This document shows, one piece after another, positions 10,156 to 19,207 of a DNA stretch of 64,000 bases (position 1 is its first letter; each line of letters starts with the position of its first letter). Under the pieces are notes generated by a model, which saw only the letters and a list, made by a program, of their open reading frames with translations, did no database searches and was not told the origin of the DNA. Made by a program: the position numbers and the translations under genes. This stretch comes from a virus: the IMG/VR virus record IMGVR_UViG_3300030380_006721, positions 10,690-74,689 of that record; one strand, written 5' to 3'.

Positions 10156-10689
10156 CTATCTCAGGGTCGCTTTGATTTTGCCAGCGTATTGGAAAAGGTT
10201 TCCGATAACTTCCGCAAGACACGCTTCAATGTCCGGAGCACCAACTTCACGCGCAACGTCATAGAGATCTTTCGCTTTGAAACCACAGTCCTCGAGGTTT
10301 CGCACATAAGTAACCAAGCTATCCCGTGACTCATAGCTTTTTACATTCTTGAAGTTCTTGTAAGCACCCATCAAACCCTTTTCGCACATGGGTAAGAGGT
10401 AATCCATGCTACGAACTTTTTCTGCTATGTGATTGAAATCACATAGGTGTCTTTTGTACTGCTCCTCTAAAAACTCACTCATCCCGAGTGAATTAGCTCC
10501 CTCAAGGTTCAGCGAAAGCAAGTTTGCTTGAATGTTCAAGTGATACAAATAAGAGGCCAGTTCGACCATCCCAAAGATGAGATTGTCGACGCTGACCTCT
10601 TTTGTGATGATGACTTCTTCTTTTACTATTTCACCAGTCGGTGCTACAGCAGCACCGGTAAGCATCTGTTGAATATTTGAAGAAGTCAT
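10156..10689 (-). CDS. Dps/ferritin-like protein with degenerate ferroxidase centre
   Basis: LSLNLEGANSLGMSEFLEEQY...FNHIAEKVRSMD aligns with Dps HWNVxGxxFxxLHxxLEEQY...DxIAERIR. Confidence 0.7.
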   Translation of the reverse strand: MTSSNIQQMLTGAAVAPTGEIVKEEVIITKEVSVDNLIFGMVELASYLYHLNIQANLLSLNLEGANSLGMSEFLEEQYKRHLCDFNHIAEKVRSMDYLLPMCEKGLMGAYKNFKNVKSYESRDSLVTYVRNLEDCGFKAKDLYDVAREVGAPDIEACLAEVIGNLFQYAGKIKATLR

Positions 10690-10694
10690 TTACC

Positions 10695-10985
10695 TCAAAA
10701 CGAGCAAGTGCCCGTAGTACATGTGGGAGTTTCTTCCCCTACTGTAGCTTCTGCGGTTTCGACAGATTCGATTTGTGCTTCGCTTTTAAGAAAATCTTGG
10801 AGTGCGTCCTTGTCGACTCTGAAGAGTGACTTGGCACCGTTAGGTTGAAGGTTGACGTAGGTGTGCTTAGGCCAGCCACCGGGCTGACGGGATTCGGTCA
10901 GAGAGATGCGCTTACGAACGAAACCAGCAGAGCAATTCAGAAGCTCGGCAGTCTGTGCAATTGTGAGAAGGTTCTGAGATGCCAT
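10695..10985 (-). CDS. excisionase-like HTH DNA-binding protein
   Basis: LLTIAQTAELLNCSAGFVRKRI; start placed at MASQN. Confidence 0.7.
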   Translation of the reverse strand: MASQNLLTIAQTAELLNCSAGFVRKRISLTESRQPGGWPKHTYVNLQPNGAKSLFRVDKDALQDFLKSEAQIESVETAEATVGEETPTCTTGTCSF

Positions 10986-11123
10986 GCAATTAAAGATGTT
11001 TGTGGGCTGCAACAGCAAAAGATTAGCAGGAATATCTGAGTGTGCATGAGGAAAAGGCAGCGTAATTTTGTCTTAATGTTTTATGGGCGTTATGATATAT
11101 CAAGAAGATCTTGACGGTATCCA

Positions 11124-11375
11124 ATGGCACAAGTTCGGGTCGCTGGTGAAGTCTTTTCAGGCTATAACAAGCCGAAACGGGACAAACAAAGCGGCAAAGA
11201 GTTCTCCGTAGCCGCTAAAGAAGGTGACAAGGTAAGACTCGTAAGGTTTGGGGACCCGAACATGAAAAACAGAAGTGACGATCCAGAGCGTCGCAAAAAT
11301 TTCAGGGCTCGTCACAACTGCGATGAAAAAAAATCAAAACTGACTCCCGGCTATTGGTCATGCAAGAACTGGTGA
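11124..11375 (+). CDS. conserved small basic phage protein
   Basis: GYNKPKR...LVRFGDPNM...RRKNFRARHNC...YWSCKNW motif common in marine phages. Confidence 0.75.
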   Translation: MAQVRVAGEVFSGYNKPKRDKQSGKEFSVAAKEGDKVRLVRFGDPNMKNRSDDPERRKNFRARHNCDEKKSKLTPGYWSCKNW

Positions 11376-11436
11376 GCACCTAGTTACACGGTGTATTCAT
11401 TAGTTTTTAACTTAGACTGGGCAAAGCAGCTCGCTA

Positions 11437-11667
11437 GTGATGAATTCATCTGAGCACATCAGTGTTGGTCTGACTCTGGAAGACGAATTCACCCTGACCC
11501 GCATCAAAAACGATGCTCACGAACTCAGAGGAAAAGAACGAGATCAGTATTTATGGAACAGGATCGTCAGATTAATCTGCCGAGAAAGAGCTTATAAATA
11601 CGTTGTCGATGAACTTGGTGTAGTTGTAGACCCTAATATAGGAGTGTTTGAGGAGCTGGAAGATTGA
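11437..11667 (+). CDS. nblA: NblA-like phycobilisome degradation protein (candidate 1)
   Basis: LTLEDEFTL...YL...RERAYK aligns without gaps to the NblA pattern LSLEQQFxL...FL...RExxYK. Confidence 0.55.
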   Translation: MMNSSEHISVGLTLEDEFTLTRIKNDAHELRGKERDQYLWNRIVRLICRERAYKYVVDELGVVVDPNIGVFEELED

Positions 11668-12521
11668 AACTTTATTCCTTACTAGCTTCACTGTTATTCG
11701 CTTTTCCTCTTGGTGCTATGGCTAACTCTCTTCCGGTAGAACAAATCAGAGAGCTTGCTATAAAAGCAGGTTTCGCTCCGGCAGACGCAAGCACGATGGC
11801 TGCCATCTGTAAGTCAGAATCGGGAGGTAGACCAGGTGCTCATAACTCCACATATCCTGACGACTCATACGGACTGTGCCAAATAAACATGCTGGATGAA
11901 CCAGGCTACAAGCTTGGTGAGGAGAGGAGGCAGAGATTCGGTATCGGATCTAATGAAGATTTGAAAGATCCCCTGACAAATCTCAAAGCCGCCAAACAAG
12001 TTTTTGATAGTCAAGGTTTTGGAGCGTGGTCAGACTTCAAAAACGAAAGATATTTAAAGCACTTACCTGCTGCTCAAATGCAATACGACAGCTCAAGCTC
12101 GAACCAGAGTTCAAATTTAGATGAAGCAAAAGCTGGAAATGAAGAGGCAAAAACTCGATTGCGCTTAGCAAAACTGTCAGATGATCTGACGGCTTCGAGT
12201 CAGGGTCCGATCCGAATTGAAGTTCAACCCTACCAAGAAGAGCAGCCCCAAGCTGACGAACCTAAAGCTCAGCCCCCAACTAACGAACCTAAAGCAGAAG
12301 ACAAACCAAAGGGTGAGGTCGGTAAAGACTCACAACCAGTAAAAGCAGAGACAAAAGATTCTGAGAAAGACATTGAACTTTTAAAATCTTTGTTTGCTAT
12401 GCAAATGAAGCAACAGCAAGCCGCCTCCGAAGCAGCTCTCTTAAAATCGTTTATGGATCGAACGAAATCCAGCGTGGCTAATGCCATCGGCAATTACCAG
12501 ATGGGTAAATCAGTTCTCTGA
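11664..12521 (+). CDS. virion-associated lytic transglycosylase (lysozyme-like fold)
   Basis: AICKSESGG (catalytic Glu), SYGLCQIN, DPLTNLKAA, GFGAWS; N-terminal hydrophobic segment; low-complexity tail. Confidence 0.8.
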   Translation: MKLYSLLASLLFAFPLGAMANSLPVEQIRELAIKAGFAPADASTMAAICKSESGGRPGAHNSTYPDDSYGLCQINMLDEPGYKLGEERRQRFGIGSNEDLKDPLTNLKAAKQVFDSQGFGAWSDFKNERYLKHLPAAQMQYDSSSSNQSSNLDEAKAGNEEAKTRLRLAKLSDDLTASSQGPIRIEVQPYQEEQPQADEPKAQPPTNEPKAEDKPKGEVGKDSQPVKAETKDSEKDIELLKSLFAMQMKQQQAASEAALLKSFMDRTKSSVANAIGNYQMGKSVL

Positions 12522-12563
12522 AACGGTATACTGATAAAAGATACTTAGTTTGCCGACGGGTAA

Positions 12564-13427
12564 ATGTCCAGTTCTTATCTGCCAGATTTTAATTTTTCTA
12601 CCGGTATCAGTCTGCCTGGCTTTGGTAGTAATGGCAGCAACCCGTATTCAGGTTTCAACTATGACTTAAACACGGGTGCTGACTTCGACTTTGGTATTGA
12701 TTACGATAATCTTCCAACTTTTGAGGACTCACCTTATACGTTTGACCCAACAACATTCGATACTGGTGAACGTAATCCTTTAGAGAATATTTTAGATTTT
12801 ATAAACAGAGATGATGTTCAGGGTGTAGCAGGACAAATTCGTGATTTATTTTACTCAGGGGATGGTGTCCAATACCCTGGGTTTGATAATTCTCTCAGTG
12901 AAGAAACAGTCCAACGTATTAACTTTGATACGGAGCAGAGACTAGCCGATCTTCGCGGTGTCATGAATGACATTGCTTATCTGACCGGCAAGAGCACACC
13001 TGAGTTTGTTCAAGAAACTGACGCTAGGTTTGCTAATTATTTCGAACCTGCAGCTCAACGGGGATACAATTATCTGTTTAACGAACCAGCAAACTTTGGT
13101 GAAAAGGTAAGTCAGTCTTCTAAACAAGCTAAAGATAACATCGATGATTACCTTGAGCAGTACAGCAATCTGAACAGAGAGACTTTTATGTCTCAAGCTG
13201 TCAATCCCACGACTGTTTCTATCGACCCATCTATATACGACGAGCAGATTAATAAGTATATGGATCGAGCGAACATGGGCAAGATGTACGACTACGGAGA
13301 TCCTCAGTCACAGGAATTTATCTCCGGTGCTGGGTCGCCAGATAGTAAATATGATCGTAAGCGTATGGCAGGTTTTTACGCATCAGATCCTGGAGTTCAG
13401 CAGTTGATGAGTTTCTCCTCTTATTAA
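12564..13427 (+). CDS. hypothetical acidic protein, possibly internal virion
   Basis: 287 aa ORF, D/F/Y-rich. Confidence 0.55.
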   Translation: MSSSYLPDFNFSTGISLPGFGSNGSNPYSGFNYDLNTGADFDFGIDYDNLPTFEDSPYTFDPTTFDTGERNPLENILDFINRDDVQGVAGQIRDLFYSGDGVQYPGFDNSLSEETVQRINFDTEQRLADLRGVMNDIAYLTGKSTPEFVQETDARFANYFEPAAQRGYNYLFNEPANFGEKVSQSSKQAKDNIDDYLEQYSNLNRETFMSQAVNPTTVSIDPSIYDEQINKYMDRANMGKMYDYGDPQSQEFISGAGSPDSKYDRKRMAGFYASDPGVQQLMSFSSY

Positions 13428-13738
13428 TGGGTCTTGGAAGATCTCCGATAGAGAAAAGAGCAGATAGCCAGATCTATCGAAGGGCTTCGCATGTAGACAA
13501 AAACCCAGCGTTTCGATTAGCGGGAAAAATATTTCAAGAAAAAGATTACCGAGACGAAAAAATGAGAAGTGAAAGATCTTCGCTCATGAGAAGTCGTCCC
13601 ACTGGTTACGGTTTTGGAAATGAAGATGAGTATGGTCCGGACAATGACTACAGCTCTGTCGAATCACTTAGACGTATACACGACCGAGATCACTATATTG
13701 TTGGCGGAAATCATGGATTCTCTGCTCCCAAAATCTGA
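13427..13738 (+). CDS. hypothetical protein
   Basis: TAATG coupling to the upstream gene. Confidence 0.55.
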   Translation: MGLGRSPIEKRADSQIYRRASHVDKNPAFRLAGKIFQEKDYRDEKMRSERSSLMRSRPTGYGFGNEDEYGPDNDYSSVESLRRIHDRDHYIVGGNHGFSAPKI

Positions 13739-14246
13739 CGGACGGTAGATAAAAAACAAAACCGAAGACTCTAGACCCAGATAGTGTCTCAAAATTATCA
13801 GTATCTTTTATAAGTTTGGGATGCTCCTTAAGAACACAAAGAGGTAAGTCTATATTCATTTTTTGCGTGGAGATAAGAGCTACCTCAGTTGAAGTTATAA
13901 ACACTATGCCTTCATCGAACTCTTGCCTCATCCATTTTTTATAAGCTGATTCAAGCCAAATTCTTTGATTTGATTTTTTAAAATAAGTAGATTTTTCAAA
14001 CAGCCTGGTTGAACGAGGTTGTTCATCTTTCAAAGCTATATCCCTAGGCGGGTACAAATAAATATTTTTTCCTTTCCAATCTTGTTTTAAACCGTTGTCT
14101 TTCCAATTGAAATACCTGGTGGCTTGAACAATCGTATTTGCTCTTTCACTTGACGCAGGGTCTAAAAAAATTTCACCCCCTAAAAACGCTGTGGTCTCAG
14201 CGATTAATTCAGGAGGTGATATGTAATCATGTGAGGCTAGTACCAC
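13668..14246 (-). CDS. phage Dam-like N6-adenine methyltransferase fold, catalytic NPPY replaced by YPPR
   Basis: DYISPPE...LDPASS...NGLKQDWKGKNIYLYPPRD. Confidence 0.7.
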   Translation of the reverse strand: MVLASHDYISPPELIAETTAFLGGEIFLDPASSERANTIVQATRYFNWKDNGLKQDWKGKNIYLYPPRDIALKDEQPRSTRLFEKSTYFKKSNQRIWLESAYKKWMRQEFDEGIVFITSTEVALISTQKMNIDLPLCVLKEHPKLIKDTDNFETLSGSRVFGFVFYLPSVRFWEQRIHDFRQQYSDLGRVYV

Positions 14247-14509
14247 TACTCCTCTTCAACAAGCCGAAGCCTCATGCTTGAATGTGTACTTTCTGTCCGG
14301 GTGCCGTGCCAAAAGACAGAGTAATAAAAATGACCGACACCTTTTTTATTCTTTTTTACAATGATTTTTTTAATTACGCCGACATCTCTGTCTTGCCGAC
14401 GAAAGTGAGCAGCAGTCGCCTTCGAATCTATAACTAGAGAAGGCTTATTCACTTCAATCACCCGATCTCCTTCTTTGAGCTTTGGCTTAGCTTGTCGCTT
14501 TTTATCCAT
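14246..14509 (-). CDS. small basic SH3/KOW-like hypothetical protein
   Basis: PKLKEGDRVIE...GVIKKI...YYSVFW. Confidence 0.55.
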   Translation of the reverse strand: MDKKRQAKPKLKEGDRVIEVNKPSLVIDSKATAAHFRRQDRDVGVIKKIIVKKNKKGVGHFYYSVFWHGTRTESTHSSMRLRLVEEE

Positions 14510-14922
14510 CAGATAATTAATCCGTTTGTAGCAGAGTCGATCTGTTCATTCGCCCGTTCAGGGTCTAGACGCATTAGTTCAAGCGAATCCTCTTGGAAAA
14601 ACGCCACTAAAGCTAAACCAGAGTCATCCTCTTTTTCGATAAATTTTAAAACTTTTAAAAACATATCTGTAAGGTTTTCATCCATCGCCTCTTGAGCAAT
14701 AGATAAATCAGCTTCGACATCTTTTTCAGTGACGTACTTGCTTGTGTTTGGGTCTTCAGGATTAAATACAAGAAGACCCTTACCCCGATATTTTCTATTC
14801 TCTCCGTAAAGAGTAATCATATCACTTATGATGCTTCTAAAAACACCTGCACTAAGCATACGCTCAGCTTCATCCCCCTGTGAAATCATCTGCCTTAGAC
14901 GTCGCACGGCATCGTTAGTCAT
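14509..14922 (-). CDS. hypothetical protein
   Basis: Coupled to both neighbours; start placed at MTNDA. Confidence 0.6.
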   Translation of the reverse strand: MTNDAVRRLRQMISQGDEAERMLSAGVFRSIISDMITLYGENRKYRGKGLLVFNPEDPNTSKYVTEKDVEADLSIAQEAMDENLTDMFLKVLKFIEKEDDSGLALVAFFQEDSLELMRLDPERANEQIDSATNGLII

Positions 14923-15241
14923 ATTTAAAATTGCTCCAGGCTGCTTTGAGAATCTCATAAGGATCATACAGAAACTTAGAACTATTGTTTTCGTTCGGAT
15001 CTAATTTGCAGTAGTGTTTTCCCTCAACCAGTCCTGATTTACCGTCTGATTTGAGTCCTTGAAGGATGAGCTTGTCGACTGAAATCGAAGGCACCCCGAG
15101 CCGTTGAGCAATGATTTTTTTAGTAACAAAAGCACTCGTGGTCTGTGTTTTGTTGTTTGCGATGAGCTGAAGTGAAACATCAATACTGTTTAGAACGTCA
15201 GAAATTGATTTGATTTCTTTTTTTAGTGATTCAGAATACAT
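14915..15241 (-). CDS. excisionase-like DNA-binding protein
   Basis: FVTKKIIAQRLGVPSISVDKLI...LVEGKHY. Confidence 0.6.
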   Translation of the reverse strand: MYSESLKKEIKSISDVLNSIDVSLQLIANNKTQTTSAFVTKKIIAQRLGVPSISVDKLILQGLKSDGKSGLVEGKHYCKLDPNENNSSKFLYDPYEILKAAWSNFKYD

Positions 15242-15247
15242 GACAGT

Positions 15248-15366
15248 GGAAGGTTCCCCTCGACCACCTGACGTCAGGCAACCAGGGCGACTTGCGTGAG
15301 GGCGGAAAACGGTAAAACGCTACCTCAACCTTCCGTGATCGTTATGCCGTTTCTTACAAAACGATC
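15248..15366 (-). promoter_or_regulatory. structured 5' leader (multi-helix RNA element)
   Basis: GGAAGGTT/AACCTTCC 8-bp stem enclosing two hairpins, plus a GATCGTT/AACGATC hairpin; ends 6 nt before the ATG at 15241. Confidence 0.5.
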
Positions 15367-15370
15367 GCAG

Positions 15371-15865
15371 TCAGTCTAGAAGCGCCTGGGCTTGCTCGTG
15401 AAAGTTGGGCGAGTCCTCGATGAGTAACTCGATCAGCTTATCGAGCTTTGAAGGCGCGTCAAGGGCTTGAGTGCTATTCAAGATCATCCAATATTTATAT
15501 GCGTTCAGTAAGTAGTATTGTGACTGTTTAGCTTTGAGAGCTTGACATTTCCATTTTTCAAAGTCATAGGAAGATTTGTAGCGACTACTGCCCATGGCGC
15601 ATTCGCTCTGACGTATGTCTACCTGAAGATCGATGTCGATGATGGTGTATTCAATGGCTGAGATTTTTGCTTTGCAATCTCTGATGTTGGTGGGCGGGTG
15701 GTTGTCGCTGTAAATCCAGGGCGGAAGATTGTCAATGATGTACTTGTCTGCCCAGAGTGAAGGCTTAGGCTGCTTTGTTTCCAGAGTCGAAGTAGAAGGA
15801 CTCGAGTATGTCTTCGATGTACCGGTTGAAATCGCCATTGATGCAATAGAGCGTGTGGTGTTCAA
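15371..15865 (-). CDS. hypothetical coiled-coil protein (start uncertain)
   Basis: Helical ORF; N-terminus overlaps the upstream gene. Confidence 0.55.
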   Translation of the reverse strand: MNTTRSIASMAISTGTSKTYSSPSTSTLETKQPKPSLWADKYIIDNLPPWIYSDNHPPTNIRDCKAKISAIEYTIIDIDLQVDIRQSECAMGSSRYKSSYDFEKWKCQALKAKQSQYYLLNAYKYWMILNSTQALDAPSKLDKLIELLIEDSPNFHEQAQALLD

Positions 15866-16208
15866 ATTGGGTTCTGATTACTAAATCGAGCTTTCTAAGT
15901 TTTTTAAGCTGCTCTCTTGTAGTTGCCTGAGACTGCCCCAAAGCTTCAGACAGTTGATTTACGTCTGTCGGTTGAAGAGACTGTAACTCATAAATTAAGA
16001 AGCGCAGCTTTTGGATTTGGTTATACCTTTTCTTATTCTTTGAATTGATCTCACTGACAGCTCTATAGAGAGCCTCTCGTGCAAAAGCTGCTGAATCAAA
16101 CTCGTCGACACCTTTTGATGAACCAGTTCCGAGATAAGCATCGTGGCTTGAGGAGTCAGAGAAGTGTGGCGTTCTACGGTCAGACATAGATGGTAGGGGT
16201 TGATACAC
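15765..16208 (-). CDS. ArsR-like winged-helix protein (start uncertain)
   Basis: PTDVNQLSEALGQSQATTREQLKKLRKLDLVI...LYCIN. Confidence 0.65.
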   Translation of the reverse strand: MYQPLPSMSDRRTPHFSDSSSHDAYLGTGSSKGVDEFDSAAFAREALYRAVSEINSKNKKRYNQIQKLRFLIYELQSLQPTDVNQLSEALGQSQATTREQLKKLRKLDLVIRTQFEHHTLYCINGDFNRYIEDILESFYFDSGNKAA

Positions 16209-16732
16209 AATGGATTAGAGCAACTGGAGCGCACGTAGTACCCCGGTTGCACCTTTTTTCTCCAGAATTGTTCGTACACAAACCTTCGCGTACGTGAGTA
16301 ACGCTCAGCGCATGATTCCTTGAAAAAGCCCTTGTCGGTAGGGAACTCTAAGCAAGTGGATGAGTCGAGTGTGGCTCGATGCTGATTAATCCATGCAACA
16401 AATCTTTGTGATTTGCTTCGAGCTTCCTGAAGCTCTTTCCTGCAAACGTCGCAAGCGTGAACACCGTCACAAGGCAAAAGGACTCGCTCGGAGTCAGCGG
16501 TTGTTAGGTAGATCGGCTCAGACCGACCGCATGTACAAAGCCAGGAGACCTTGTCTTCGAAATGCGAGAGAGTCCAGTGTCCTTTTTTAGACACCTGTAA
16601 GGGCTCCCCTGAGGGTGGGCCAGGGTCAAGCGGTTGGAGCAGTCCCAAAAGGGCGGCGCATCTCTGGTTTCGAGTTTCCATAGGCATGTTGATGTTGATA
16701 TAGACGTATCCTACCGCACAGAGCGCATGCAA
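15995..16732 (-). CDS. Zn-ribbon + HNH-like (catalytic His absent) + HTH protein
   Basis: WLCTCG...CDVC; VRSSCSNPLCINPYHL versus canonical VRHxCDNPxCVNPxHL; C-terminal LSVRSIQRIR. Confidence 0.65.
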   Translation of the reverse strand: MHALCAVGYVYININMPMETRNQRCAALLGLLQPLDPGPPSGEPLQVSKKGHWTLSHFEDKVSWLCTCGRSEPIYLTTADSERVLLPCDGVHACDVCRKELQEARSKSQRFVAWINQHRATLDSSTCLEFPTDKGFFKESCAERYSRTRRFVYEQFWRKKVQPGYYVRSSCSNPLCINPYHLCLTVERHTSLTPQATMLISELVHQKVSTSLIQQLLHERLSIELSVRSIQRIRKGITKSKSCAS

Positions 16733-17004
16733 GGTTAGTACCGCCAGTTTTTTTAATGAATATACCTTTCTCTTGATAGTGCTTTTTCTATACGGTCCGT
16801 CGCTTTGACAAGATTTTTATCTAAGGCTGACCAACGACGGTCAGTCATTTTTCCCTTGAAACCCTAGTAAAAATACTTATACGTTTATAAATAAACGACA
16901 CTGGCGACATCTTGTATGGATTACCACTGTCACAGGGATTTGATTAAGCAAGCATTATTCCAGACGTTCCGTGGTTAGCAGAATTAATTACAATCGTATA
17001 CAAT

Positions 17005-17187
17005 GTGAGTAGTTACCCGAATACTGTGAAAGGGTCTCCAGCTCTAGACACTCCCTCAGATAGCTGGCAGGCACTAAAACAACGTGCTGATCTTTTAGGT
17101 ATACCGGCCTGGAAGCTTGCGGAAGATATGGCTTATCACGAAAGTGACGGTGCATTGAATATATCGAGCAAGAAGAATAAAGAGTAG
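17005..17187 (+). CDS. hypothetical protein
   Basis: 60 aa ORF after a TACAAT -10-like hexamer. Confidence 0.5.
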   Translation: MSSYPNTVKGSPALDTPSDSWQALKQRADLLGIPAWKLAEDMAYHESDGALNISSKKNKE

Positions 17188-17243
17188 AATTTAAATTTCT
17201 AGCTCTTTACAGATAGACTGGTACGAGGAGGTGGACTATTTAA

Positions 17244-18593
17244 ATGCCTGAACGTAATAGCCCTGCGTGTCCACTTCACGGCGATTTACCCAGGGCACGA
17301 GCACCGCACAACTTCTTCGGAATTGTGTCGGTTGTCGATAACCTCATCGAAACCATTAGCGGCGTGGGAACTACTAGCTACACAAGATGCCCCTACGGAT
17401 ATCCACCTAACTTCGAAGGTGTAGTAAGGGCTCTTGAAGATTTAAACTCTACAGCTAGCGGCATCGAGGCTACCGGAGGACTCCTAGTCCCAGGTTCCGG
17501 AATCAGTATTACGACGAGTGGTCTTTATAGCATCATTGCAAGCCTGATTACTCAATCTCTACCGGGCTCTGGTGTATTAGGAGTAGCTAGCGGTGCAAAC
17601 ACTATTTTTGATGTAAATATCCAAGGCGAAGGTAATAACGATGTCGAGTACGACGGAAAACTAATTCAAATCTCTGGCACCAACGAAGGTGCCGTAGCTG
17701 TCGTCAGTGGTCTTGTTGGCGGCGATGGAATCATCATTACAGCAAGTGGCGACACTGCTGTCGTTAGTACTGATCTTGTTGGTCAAGGCTCAGTCGACTT
17801 CTCTTACAACTCTTCTCGTGTTGGAGTCATCTCTGGAACGTCTCAACAACTTCTTGTTGCTGGTTCTGGAACAAGCGTCACGCAAAGCGGGGATTTCCAA
17901 ATCGTCGATGTTGGTGTTCTTGGCGAGCCCGGTATTGGCGTCAGCTACTCAGGTTCGTTTGTAACTCTCGAAAACCTGATCAGTACAGGATCTGGTACGT
18001 CCGTGGCCTCTAGCGGGGACTTTAAACAAGTCAATGTTGGAGCACTTCCTGGCACCAATGTCACCATTGGCTACTCCGGCGCGTTCTTTACGACAAACAG
18101 TACAGCCGAAGCGGGCGCTTCTGTGGTCACCGTTTCTGGCGAGCCAGGGGACAATTTCCTTGGCGGTTCGCTCTGGTTCGATACGAACGAAGGGCGCTTG
18201 TTCGTGTACGCATCAGGCAACGATGTTGCCAAACCAGACTGGTATATCGCAAACGCCGAAGCTCTCGCAATCAAGAGCGAAGTGCCGCCTTCCGGCACTG
18301 GTGGACTCAATGCTCCGCCTCGAGATGGCACCATCTGGTTCAACAACCTTATGGGTTCACTTTTCGTCTACGACGCTGCTACAAGCGGCTGGTACGAATC
18401 TGCTCCTTCGAGGACACCTTCTTATGGAGACACTCCTCCTGTTTACGCTGTTGATGGTGCTCAGTGGACCGATAGTCGCAGCAATGTCATACACGTATGG
18501 AACGGCACGCAATGGGCTGATGTTATCGCTAGCGGTAACCCTGCTGGCCTTACTACTGGCTCTGTTATTGGCCTGATCATGGGACTTAGCTAA
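17244..18593 (+). CDS. tail fibre protein with beta-repeat shaft
   Basis: GxGxxVxxSG repeats; GSLWFDTNEGRLFVY, GTIWFN...LFVY and WNGTQW fibre modules; ends IGLIMGLS. Confidence 0.75.
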   Translation: MPERNSPACPLHGDLPRARAPHNFFGIVSVVDNLIETISGVGTTSYTRCPYGYPPNFEGVVRALEDLNSTASGIEATGGLLVPGSGISITTSGLYSIIASLITQSLPGSGVLGVASGANTIFDVNIQGEGNNDVEYDGKLIQISGTNEGAVAVVSGLVGGDGIIITASGDTAVVSTDLVGQGSVDFSYNSSRVGVISGTSQQLLVAGSGTSVTQSGDFQIVDVGVLGEPGIGVSYSGSFVTLENLISTGSGTSVASSGDFKQVNVGALPGTNVTIGYSGAFFTTNSTAEAGASVVTVSGEPGDNFLGGSLWFDTNEGRLFVYASGNDVAKPDWYIANAEALAIKSEVPPSGTGGLNAPPRDGTIWFNNLMGSLFVYDAATSGWYESAPSRTPSYGDTPPVYAVDGAQWTDSRSNVIHVWNGTQWADVIASGNPAGLTTGSVIGLIMGLS

Positions 18594-18627
18594 CTTGTCT
18601 AAGTCGACTTAGTTCACTTCCTCAACC

Positions 18628-18747
18628 ATGGCAAAAGGAAAGTCCGAAAACAAAATTGATTCACGTCCTAAGCGCACAAGGCAAGGACAAGGGACTCACT
18701 CGAAACCATCTCATGGTCGGAAGTTACGTAGAGGTCAGGGCAAGTAA
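18628..18747 (+). CDS. small basic peptide (39 aa, below track cutoff)
   Basis: MAKGKSENKIDSRPKRTRQGQGTHSKPSHGRKLRRGQGK; the RGQGK-ending family is common in marine phages. Confidence 0.75.
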   Translation: MAKGKSENKIDSRPKRTRQGQGTHSKPSHGRKLRRGQGK

Positions 18748-18772
18748 AATTAAATGAAACACTGGAGGTAAC

Positions 18773-19168
18773 GTGCTCTTATCTTTCAAAGCTGGTGAAA
18801 CTATCGCTCTTGGCGATGCAGTAGCCGTGGATATGAGCACCTCCGGTCATATCCGGACTGCTCGTTCATCTGGTGATCTGGACGAAGCCAACACAATTGG
18901 TGTTTCTGTAGACGCAGTAAGTGCAGGCACACTTTGCCGTGTGGTTACAGATGCTCAAGCTGTCGTTTACTCAGGTCTTGTTCCAGGGCAACGTTATTTT
19001 GTCAGCGCAAGTGGAGGCAAAATAGTTGACTACCCAACATTTACTGCTGGATTTGATCAGCTTGGTGCATCTGGAGCTTATTTAGTAGAAATGGGTACAG
19101 CTATAAGTTCTTCTTCACTAAGGATTTCGCCTCAGCAGCCTCGATATGTAATTAGTGGGTTTCTTTGA
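18773..19168 (+). CDS. virion decoration / fibre-anchor protein
   Basis: AGETIALGDAV...IGV...GLVPGQRYFVS...GTAISSSSL. Confidence 0.6.
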   Translation: MLLSFKAGETIALGDAVAVDMSTSGHIRTARSSGDLDEANTIGVSVDAVSAGTLCRVVTDAQAVVYSGLVPGQRYFVSASGGKIVDYPTFTAGFDQLGASGAYLVEMGTAISSSSLRISPQQPRYVISGFL

Positions 19169-19207
19169 AAAAGTGTAGAATAAGGCGTAAGTATCTGGTT
19201 GTGATCG

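Noticed and set aside
10695-15241. Prophage / lysogeny module suggested by two excisionase-like HTH genes
   Set aside because: No integrase, repressor pair or host genes in the window
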